Shown here: piece after piece, positions 56,525-64,000 of the stretch
Position numbering within the stretch: position 1 is the stretch's first letter
How the letters are laid out: each line of letters opens with the position of its first letter
DNA from: Candidatus Cloacimonadales bacterium
GTDB taxonomy: Bacteria; Cloacimonadota; Cloacimonadia; Cloacimonadales; JAFGVF01
Assembly: GCA_963677495.2 (NCBI GenBank)
Contig: CAXXOU010000001.1
Location: 288,001 to 352,000, forward strand
Reading direction: 5' to 3'
DNA length: 64,000 nucleotides
Notes under the pieces: generated by a model
The model's database searches: none
What the model was told of the DNA's origin: nothing
The model's input: only the letters and a program-made list of their open reading frames with translations
Made by a program: the position numbers and the translations under genes

Positions 56525-57535
56525 ATGAAAACGAAAATAATTGCAACTATTAGCAAAGTAAATGGTAGTATAGATCTATTAGCTGACATGATAAAGGCAG
56601 GAGCAGATATCTTTAGGATTAACATGTCCCATGCTTCTCATGAGGATGTTTTAGAACTAATTGAAAGAATCAGATTAGCTGAAGAAAAATGTAGCAAACC
56701 TGTTGAAATCATGGTCGACCTTGCAGGTCCTGAACTAAGACTACTTTCTATTGAAACACCTGTAACATGTAATCAGAGTACTATGCTTGAACTTCATAAA
56801 ACCAAAAGTCTATCTATTCCTGAAGTCTTTAACAAACTGTCAATTAATGACAGGATGCTCTTGCAGGATGGGAAGTTTGAAGGTTCTGTAGTTTCAATAA
56901 CAAAAGAAACAGCAGTGATAGAAGTTAATGGAAACGGTACAATTCTACCCAATGCCCATATCTCATTCCCTGAAATTGAGTATGGGGATCTCGAAATCAC
57001 AGAGAAAGATAAAACTGACTTAATATTTGCTGATAAAGTTAATGCTGATTATCTTGCACTATCTTTTATCCACTCAAAAGCTGATGTTCAGGCTTATAGA
57101 GATTTCTTAAAACTTGCGGATCCTGAATATACAATTAGTTTCTTACCTAAGTTCGAGTCTAGACAATCACTTAAAAACATTGACGAAATTGTTGAAGCAG
57201 GTGATTGCTTTTTCATAGCTCGTGGTGATATGGGAACAGAGAATCCGATGGATTTGATACCATATTATCAAAAGCTGATAACAGCGAAGTGCAGAAAGCA
57301 AAACAAACCGGTATTTGTAGCTACTCAGATGCTTAGTTCTATGGAGGATAATCCTCTTCCAACCAGAGCTGAAGTATCTGATATTGCAAATGCAGTTATT
57401 GATGGTGTTACAGCTTTAACACTATCTGGTGAGACAGCTATTGGTAAATATCCGGTAGAGTCAGTGAAACAGATGAGACTGATTACAGATTCGGCTGAGA
57501 ATTATAGAGACGAGATAAAAAGATTGGAGAAATAA
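56525..57535 (+). CDS. pyk: Pyruvate kinase, short form lacking the C-terminal domain
   Basis: KTKIIATI, RINMSH, DLAGPELR, ARGDMG, ATQML, PTRAEVSD and LSGETAIGKYP; only 336 aa. Confidence 0.92.
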   Translation: MKTKIIATISKVNGSIDLLADMIKAGADIFRINMSHASHEDVLELIERIRLAEEKCSKPVEIMVDLAGPELRLLSIETPVTCNQSTMLELHKTKSLSIPEVFNKLSINDRMLLQDGKFEGSVVSITKETAVIEVNGNGTILPNAHISFPEIEYGDLEITEKDKTDLIFADKVNADYLALSFIHSKADVQAYRDFLKLADPEYTISFLPKFESRQSLKNIDEIVEAGDCFFIARGDMGTENPMDLIPYYQKLITAKCRKQNKPVFVATQMLSSMEDNPLPTRAEVSDIANAVIDGVTALTLSGETAIGKYPVESVKQMRLITDSAENYRDEIKRLEK

Positions 57536-57846
57536 TGAGTGGATACAATGTAATATGTGATTTAGTAGTAGTTACTTATGATATAGGTCCTAGTTTATCA
57601 CCTTTTGTAGCAAAAGTTTGTAAAGTCATTGAGGAAGACTCAAAAGTTGAACATATGCTCACACCGATGGGTTCAATCATTGAAGGTGATTATGATGATG
57701 TAATGGCTCTTGTAGATAGAGTATTTAAGACAGTAGCACCTGATTATGAGCGTGTAGGGATTACTGTAAAAATGGATTATAGAAAATCCAAAAAGAATAG
57801 AATGCAAGGTAAAGTTGCTTCTGTTTCAGAGAAGATGGGAAAATGA
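57535..57846 (+). CDS. MTH1187/YkoF-family thiamine-binding protein
   Basis: SLSPFVA, LTPMGSIIEG and DYR....RMQGKVASV. Confidence 0.85.
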   Translation: MSGYNVICDLVVVTYDIGPSLSPFVAKVCKVIEEDSKVEHMLTPMGSIIEGDYDDVMALVDRVFKTVAPDYERVGITVKMDYRKSKKNRMQGKVASVSEKMGK

Positions 57847-59132
57847 AAAAGTACTATATAGAATCATTAGGATGTCCTAAGAATCTTGTTGATAGTGAGA
57901 TTTTCGCTTGGTTGACTGAGAAAAATGGTTATGAATTCACAGAAAATCCTATGGAAGCAGAGCTGATTATCGTTAATACATGTGGTTTTATTAGTGATGC
58001 TAAAGAGGAAGCAATTGAAACGATTTTCGAGATGAACGCTCTAAAAACAATTGGTAAATGTAAGAAGCTTATTGCCACAGGTTGTTTAATTGGACGATAT
58101 TTTGAAGACTTAAAAAGTTCGCTACCTGAAGTTGACCATTTAGTTGATTTGAAAGACTTTAAGTCTTTTGCGAAGATACTGGGAGATAACAACCCACAGC
58201 TTGAGAGAAAGATTTTAACTCCTCCCCATTATGCGTTTTTGCGTATCAGCGATGGTTGTGATAATCGATGTACATACTGTGCTATACCAGGAATTAGAGG
58301 TGGGCATGTATCAAGACCAATCGAAGAACTGGTGAAAGAGAGTGAGAAGATTGCAAAGCAAGGAGTTAAAGAGCTTATAGTTACAGCTCAGGATGTTACT
58401 CTTTATGGTCAGGATATCTATGGAGAGAAGAAGCTTCCTGCTTTGTTAATCGAACTGGAGAAGATTGAGGGTCTCAAATGGATAAGACTGCTTTATATGC
58501 ATCCTGCACATGTCACAGAAGAGCTGATTGATATGATTGCCGGTTCTAAGAAAGTACTACCCTATTTCGACATTCCACTACAGCATGCTTCTGACAAGAT
58601 GCTAAAATCAATGAATCGTAAGATTAGCTCACAAGCTCAAGTTAATGTATTAACCATGATTAGAAACAAAATTCCTCATGCTGCAATTAGAACAACATTT
58701 ATTTCAGGCTTCCCAGGTGAGAAACAGAAAGATCACTTAGAGTTACTGGAACTGATTAGAAAGGTAAAATTTGAGCGATTAGGTGTCTTCGTATATTCAC
58801 CTGAAGAGGGTACTCCGGCATCGGACTTCCCTAATAAAGTCACTATTAATACAGCTCAGAAACGCCAGGATGAGATTATGGCTACTCAACAAGCTATCTC
58901 TGAAGAGATAATGGTAACATATGTCGGACAGGAGCTTGAAGCTATTATTGATGCAATGTCAGAAGGAGAAGGGATTCTCTATGACGCAAGAACGATTTAT
59001 GATGCCCCAGATATAGATGGTAATCTGTTTATAGTCAGTGGTTCGGCATCAGTTGGTGACATTGTAAAGGTTAGAATTATTGATAGTTGGGAGTATGATT
59101 TAATTGGAGAAATTGTCTACGATAGAGATTAG
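57843..59132 (+). CDS. rimO: Ribosomal protein S12 methylthiotransferase
   Basis: SLGCPKNLVDSE, NTCGFI, radical-SAM GCDNRCTYCAIP and TRAM-domain DAPDIDG. Confidence 0.96.
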   Translation: MKKYYIESLGCPKNLVDSEIFAWLTEKNGYEFTENPMEAELIIVNTCGFISDAKEEAIETIFEMNALKTIGKCKKLIATGCLIGRYFEDLKSSLPEVDHLVDLKDFKSFAKILGDNNPQLERKILTPPHYAFLRISDGCDNRCTYCAIPGIRGGHVSRPIEELVKESEKIAKQGVKELIVTAQDVTLYGQDIYGEKKLPALLIELEKIEGLKWIRLLYMHPAHVTEELIDMIAGSKKVLPYFDIPLQHASDKMLKSMNRKISSQAQVNVLTMIRNKIPHAAIRTTFISGFPGEKQKDHLELLELIRKVKFERLGVFVYSPEEGTPASDFPNKVTINTAQKRQDEIMATQQAISEEIMVTYVGQELEAIIDAMSEGEGILYDARTIYDAPDIDGNLFIVSGSASVGDIVKVRIIDSWEYDLIGEIVYDRD

Positions 59133-59252
59133 TCTCAGATTATTGTAACTATATTCCGACTAGTCATTAATATTATAACCTTGACTAATAATATTACTAT
59201 TGAAAATTCCGTAAGAATATTAACAAGAATTAAATAAATAAGGAGTAATGTT

Positions 59253-61289
59253 ATGCAGAGAAAGCTTTTGCTTGTAACTCTTCTAACAATAATTTTATCT
59301 GTTGGACTTCTGTGGAGCGTAGCAGATTCAAAACCAAACCCTGACCCCAAAACCGTCTTAGTTGAATTTGATAAGGGCACAATTACTAAAGGTGATTTAG
59401 ACGCTAAGATCGCTAAAATACCACCACAATATCAGAACAGATATAAAACTATTAACGGACAGGAAGAGATTCTTCAAGGAATTATCTTAGAAGATGTTTT
59501 CTACCGTAAAGCTATTGACTTAGGTCTTGATAAAAAGAAAGAGATTGCTGACAAAGTAGATAATGCAACTCGAGAAATCTATATTGAAAGCTATTACAGA
59601 CAAGAAGTACGTGATCAGGTTGCTGCTATTAGCAATAAAGATAAGCAACAATACTATATGTCTCATCTTGATGAATTTTATGAGCAACCTAACACTACAA
59701 TCCTTTACATCCAAGCTGAGGATCAGGAAAGTGCAGAAAAAGCCCTTACTGAGCTTAAATCAGGTAAAGCGTGGGCCGAAGTTTCAAATACATACAATAA
59801 GAATGGTTATGCAAAGAACAACAAGGGTGTAATCAAAGGTATAAGAAACAATGGTCACGTACCGGGTGTAAATAAGAATGAAGCTTTAAGTAAGCTGATC
59901 AATGATGCTCAGGTATCACAGGATAAGATTCATGGTCCGGAAGTAATTGATGGTGTATATCATATTTTTAAAGTAACTGACAGAATTGAAGGATATCAGA
60001 AAACACTTGAAGAAGTTGAACCAACTCTAGAAAAACGTGTTAAGTTCGAAAAAGAAAAGACTCTTACAAAAGCTCTCTTCGATAGACTTGCAACTAAATA
60101 CAATCTTGTTGTTGATGATGAGCTAGCCGGTTCTTTAGATTTAACTACTCCGGTAACTGATAATGAAATTCTTAAGAAAAGCGTTATCTCTTCTGATTAT
60201 GCAAAACTCAATTTGACTGTCGAAAATGTATATGAAGTTCTTGCTGCAATGAGTCCTCAAGAGAAAGCGATGTATATGAAAGCTACCGGAGATGACAGTT
60301 TCTTCAAACGCTACCCTACACAGCTTCTTTATATGGCAGAAGTGGAAGAGAATGGTAAAGAAAACTACGTTGATGAACCAGATAGACTCAGACAGATATC
60401 AAGATACTTTGTTCTTCGTGCTGTTTACAAACAACTTGTTACTGACAAGATTGATGTTACTGATGAAGACCTTCAGAAGTATTATGATGAAAGCATTGAA
60501 CGTTATAAAGTTCCTGGTCACAGATCTATTAGATTATACAAATTTGATGAAGAGAAGAAAGCTAAGAAAGCTTACAAAGCTATTCGCAAAGCTATGAAGA
60601 AAAAGAATCCTCTCAAACAAGAAGCTGCAATCAAAAAAGCATATGAGAAGTATGCAGTTAACACTTTTGAAGATGGTTTCATTGCAAAAGTATATAATAA
60701 CAACATGGTTCTTGGTTATGGTAAAGATGTTGACTTCAACAAATTAGTATTCTCAACTCCTCTTAATGGGACAACTGAACCTTTCAAATCTTCTAATGGA
60801 GACTTACTTGTCTTCACAGTACTTGAAAATGTTGAAGATACATACAGACCTCTTGATGAAGTAAAACAAGCTATAGAAAAAAATGCTAAACAGAATAAAG
60901 AAAAAGCATTTAGAGACGAAGTTAAAGCTGACTTAATGGCTGAATATCAGTATAAAGTTTATGCAGACAGATTAACTGTTAAACTGACTGTTGAAGAGCT
61001 ATTCGAAATGGCTGATAATGCTATCAAGCAAAGAAAATACAATGATTCTGTAATCTATTATGATCAAATCATTAAATCTTTTAAAGATGGTGTTAATGAC
61101 TATAAAGCTATGTTTATGAAAGCATTCACATACTCTGAAAACATTAAAGACAAAGCTAAAGCTATAGAGTGCTATAATGAGTTTTTAGCGAAATATCCAA
61201 CCGGAGAACTTAACGAATCAGCTAAGTTTATGCTTGACCAACTTCAAAATGGTGAAGTGAATATTGATGAGTTGATTGAAAACGAATAG
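59253..61289 (+). CDS. Exported SurA/PrsA-like foldase with two parvulin-like domains and C-terminal TPR
   Basis: Signal peptide; two PpiC-like repeats (GPEVIDGVYHIFKV; EPFKSSNG); TPR-like tail AMFMKAFTYSE...YP. Confidence 0.75.
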   Translation: MQRKLLLVTLLTIILSVGLLWSVADSKPNPDPKTVLVEFDKGTITKGDLDAKIAKIPPQYQNRYKTINGQEEILQGIILEDVFYRKAIDLGLDKKKEIADKVDNATREIYIESYYRQEVRDQVAAISNKDKQQYYMSHLDEFYEQPNTTILYIQAEDQESAEKALTELKSGKAWAEVSNTYNKNGYAKNNKGVIKGIRNNGHVPGVNKNEALSKLINDAQVSQDKIHGPEVIDGVYHIFKVTDRIEGYQKTLEEVEPTLEKRVKFEKEKTLTKALFDRLATKYNLVVDDELAGSLDLTTPVTDNEILKKSVISSDYAKLNLTVENVYEVLAAMSPQEKAMYMKATGDDSFFKRYPTQLLYMAEVEENGKENYVDEPDRLRQISRYFVLRAVYKQLVTDKIDVTDEDLQKYYDESIERYKVPGHRSIRLYKFDEEKKAKKAYKAIRKAMKKKNPLKQEAAIKKAYEKYAVNTFEDGFIAKVYNNNMVLGYGKDVDFNKLVFSTPLNGTTEPFKSSNGDLLVFTVLENVEDTYRPLDEVKQAIEKNAKQNKEKAFRDEVKADLMAEYQYKVYADRLTVKLTVEELFEMADNAIKQRKYNDSVIYYDQIIKSFKDGVNDYKAMFMKAFTYSENIKDKAKAIECYNEFLAKYPTGELNESAKFMLDQLQNGEVNIDELIENE

Positions 61290-61310
61290 CATATACATTT
61301 GATATACTTA

Positions 61311-61340
61311 TAAGCCCGACTCATAGCAGTCGGGCTTTTT
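61311..61340 (+). terminator. Intrinsic terminator
   Basis: aagcccgact-catagc-agtcgggcttttt. Confidence 0.88.
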
Positions 61341-61492
61341 ACTTTTAACTGCAATTTTGAAGGAAATCTTGCTTTCGCTTGTAATAATAATAGATTATCT
61401 GGAAGAGATTATGCTTTACAATTTAGCATAGATTTTAAATTTGCACATAACAAATTGATATAATTTAAATTGAGATATATTGGAGTTACAAA

Positions 61493-63571
61493 ATGAAGAA
61501 ATTATTTTTGCTTACAATGCTGGTTATAGCACTTGCTTCTTTGACTGCTATACCTGCAACACCGAATCCAATTAGTTATCGTCAGCCAGATGGTTCTACT
61601 CTCGAGATGAACCTTCGTGGGGATGAGTTTGTTAATTGGGGAGAAACATTAGATGGATATACAATACTTTCAAACCAAGATGGCTACAAAGTATATGCTG
61701 AGTTAGATGAGAACGGCAACATCTACCCAGGTAATGTGCGTGCTAATAACATTGCTGACAGAACTCCTGAAGAGTTAGATTTCCTTGCGCAGCAAGAAAC
61801 ATATTTGAGCTATAGCAATAGTCAGATTGAAAGACTCATCGGTAGATTCCAAGATAACAATCCAAGTCGTATGGGCGGGTTCCCTACTACCGGTACAAAC
61901 AATATGCTTGTAATCTTAGCAAATTTCCCTGATACTTCACCTACATATACTGTTAACAACTTTGATAACTTAATGAACCAGGCAAACTACAGCGGCTCCG
62001 GTTCATTTAAAGATTTCTATTATGAGAACTCATATGGCCAGCTTACTATCAACTCTACTGTTGTAGGTTGGGTAACATTACCCCATAACAAAAGCTATTA
62101 TGGGCCACAAGAACGCTGGGGCGAGTTTGCTCGTGATGCTGTTGTTGCTGCTAATGATGCTGGGATAGACTTCTCGATTTTTGACAACGATGGCGATGGC
62201 ACTGTTGATGGTGTTGCCTTAGTACACCAAGGTTTAGGTCAAGAAATCTCAGGTAATACAAACGATATATGGTCTCATAACTCTTCAATGTATAGCTATA
62301 ATGTACAGTTTGATGGTGTTGATTTTGGGCCATATACTGCACAACCTGAAAAGAACAATTGGACTAGTATGACAACAATGGGTGTTTTCGCTCATGAAGT
62401 TGGTCACAATTTAGGTACACCTGATTTCTATGACACAGATTACCAAGCTGGTGGTAGTTATACAGGTACTGGTGATTGGGATATTATGGCCGGTGGGAGC
62501 TATAATGGTTATCCTAGCGGTTCTGAGCCACCTCATCACAATCCTTGGACTAAGATTTTTTATGGTTGGACTGATGCAACTCTTATAGATGATGAAGGTG
62601 ACTATACTCTTCCTAACGGTACTTATGATCCAACAATCTATAGAATCAATACACGTACTGAGAATGAGTATTTCTTACTTGAGAACCGCCAACAGACCGG
62701 TTTTAACGGTAGTGTACCATATCATGGTATGCTAATTTTCCATGCTGATGGAAACCATATAGATGCTCATCATAATAGTAATGATATAAATGTTGATTCA
62801 CATCAAGGATTCAGAATCCGTCCTGCATGGGGTGGAGTGAATGGTTCCGGTGCTCCTTTCCCCGGAAGCCACAATGAAACTGAATTCGATGATACAACTA
62901 ATCCTAATGCCTTAAGCTGGGCTGGAGAAGAGACTAACAGACCTATTAGCCAAATTTCAGAATCTGGTGGTATTATTAATTTCCATATGGGCTTTGAGTT
63001 CCCTTCTGAAACTCCACAGTGGTTAGAAGCTAATGTTAATGGCTCAGATGTATCTCTCTCCTGGATTCACCCACAAGTTGTTTCTAATGTACTTGGTTAT
63101 TCTGTTTACAGAGATGGTCAGTTCCTTAACATCATTGCAGACATTGCACAAATCACCTATGTAGATGCTAATGTCCCTGATGGAACTTATGAGTATTATG
63201 TGACTTCACTAACTAACACAGGTGAGTCTGATCCTTCTAACACTGTGACTGTTCAAGTTGGTGCAAACCCGAATAGTGATAATGTACAATTAGCTCAGAC
63301 AGCTCTTCTTGGAAACTATCCTAATCCTTTCAACCCTACTACAACTATCTCTTACTTCATTGATAAATCATCTGATGTTGAGTTAGCTGTTTATAATGTG
63401 AAAGGTGAGAAGATTAGAACACTTGTAGCTGATGATGTTCAAACCGGTCAGCACTCAATTGTATGGAATGGTATGAGTGATAGTGGTAAAGTTCAACCTT
63501 CCGGTATCTATTTCTACAAACTGAAAGCAGGTACTTACACAAAATCTAAGAAGATGATTCTTATAAAGTAA
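61493..63571 (+). CDS. Secreted M6-family (immune inhibitor A-like) metalloprotease with FN3 and FlgD-Ig/T9SS-like tail
   Basis: QPDG...RGDE propeptide, YYENSYG, DNDGDG.VD, HEVGHNLGTPDFYD, WDIMAGGS, EYFLLENRQ and GNYPNPFNPTT. Confidence 0.92.
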   Translation: MKKLFLLTMLVIALASLTAIPATPNPISYRQPDGSTLEMNLRGDEFVNWGETLDGYTILSNQDGYKVYAELDENGNIYPGNVRANNIADRTPEELDFLAQQETYLSYSNSQIERLIGRFQDNNPSRMGGFPTTGTNNMLVILANFPDTSPTYTVNNFDNLMNQANYSGSGSFKDFYYENSYGQLTINSTVVGWVTLPHNKSYYGPQERWGEFARDAVVAANDAGIDFSIFDNDGDGTVDGVALVHQGLGQEISGNTNDIWSHNSSMYSYNVQFDGVDFGPYTAQPEKNNWTSMTTMGVFAHEVGHNLGTPDFYDTDYQAGGSYTGTGDWDIMAGGSYNGYPSGSEPPHHNPWTKIFYGWTDATLIDDEGDYTLPNGTYDPTIYRINTRTENEYFLLENRQQTGFNGSVPYHGMLIFHADGNHIDAHHNSNDINVDSHQGFRIRPAWGGVNGSGAPFPGSHNETEFDDTTNPNALSWAGEETNRPISQISESGGIINFHMGFEFPSETPQWLEANVNGSDVSLSWIHPQVVSNVLGYSVYRDGQFLNIIADIAQITYVDANVPDGTYEYYVTSLTNTGESDPSNTVTVQVGANPNSDNVQLAQTALLGNYPNPFNPTTTISYFIDKSSDVELAVYNVKGEKIRTLVADDVQTGQHSIVWNGMSDSGKVQPSGIYFYKLKAGTYTKSKKMILIK

Positions 63572-63592
63572 AAGTAATTTCAATTATAAATC

Positions 63593-63619
63593 AAAGCCCC
63601 CGATTGCGGGGGCTTTTTT
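63593..63619 (+). terminator. Intrinsic terminator
   Basis: aaagcccccg-attg-cgggggctttttt. Confidence 0.9.
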
Positions 63620-63687
63620 CTATGTAAAGCAACATCGATCCACATAACTTCTTCTGATTCTTCCTAATAATCCAACACTTTTATGCC

Positions 63688-63837
63688 CTCTCATTGCCCT
63701 ATCATAATTCCCGGGACTCTCTCGGGAATCACACGGGAATCTCTCGGGACTCTCTCGGGGCTTTGCCCGAGTAATTCCCAAATAATTCTCTACAGATTCC
63801 CGAATTAATCCCGCGTATTATGATAGAGCAATGAGAG
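63688..63837 (-). repeat. 11-nt-periodic rod inverted repeat, subtype A (opposite orientation)
   Basis: TIR ctctcattgccctatcataat/attatgatagagcaatgagag; units cgggactctct/cgggaatcaca/cgggaatctct/cgggactctct; apex is the reverse complement of the 14507 apex. Confidence 0.9.
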
Positions 63838-63867
63838 TGAGTTTCGAATACTGTGAACTATTAATAT

Positions 63868-63904
63868 AAAAAAACTCCCCGTTCCATTTTGGACTGGGGA
63901 GTTT
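63868..63904 (-). terminator. Intrinsic terminator of the minus-strand gene at the window end
   Basis: aaaaaaactcccc-gttcca-ttt-tggact-ggggagttt. Confidence 0.75.
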
Positions 63905-63923
63905 GTCATTCTTCTATTACTTA

Positions 63924-64000
63924 CTACTTCTGAATTGTAGTATACCCTAAATCTCTTAAACGTTTTAGCTGACCATCATCACCGATGAGATGACCTGCAC
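63924..64000 (-). CDS. 3' end of a TraB/GumN-family protein (partial)
   Basis: Minus strand translates AGHLIGDDGQLKRLRDLGYTTIQK*, matching the GAGHL.G..G....L...GY C-terminal motif. Confidence 0.65.
   Translation of the reverse strand, partial: AGHLIGDDGQLKRLRDLGYTTIQK

Noticed and set aside
63688..63837. Integron attC interpretation of the rod elements
   Set aside because: No RYYYAAC...GTTRRRY ends, no cassette-like arrangement and no integrase seen.

Overview
AT-rich bacterial chromosomal segment, most likely from Cloacimonadota (FCB group). This is inferred from many secreted proteins ending in a 'YPNPFNP...W.G...SGVYFY..KMILMK' FlgD-Ig/T9SS-like tail, plus C25-, M6- and M14-type peptidases. 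Housekeeping genes (lepA, queF, rimI, nadB, tmk, S41 protease, elbB, FabK-like, short pyk, rimO, PPIase) alternate with large surface proteins and peptidases. Accessory loci are an AAA-ATPase + RloB (AbiL-like) pair, a stand-alone two-module NRPS (A-T-C-A-T-TE with a Cys-type TE), and a selenocysteine peroxiredoxin that the ORF track splits at an in-frame UGA followed by a SECIS-like hairpin. The strongest unexplained signal is a family of ~125-160 bp intergenic rod-like inverted repeats, seven copies in three sequence subtypes. Their arms are built from 11-nt units, with one regular and one degenerate arm. Where I paired them by hand, mismatches mostly resolve as G-U/G-T on one defined strand. 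One subtype carries an inverted DnaA-box pair at its apex. There is also an intragenic DnaA-box cluster and a 1.6-kb gap filled with decayed REP-like hairpins and an orphan secretion-tail fragment. No rRNA, tRNA, CRISPR array or transposase gene was recognised.
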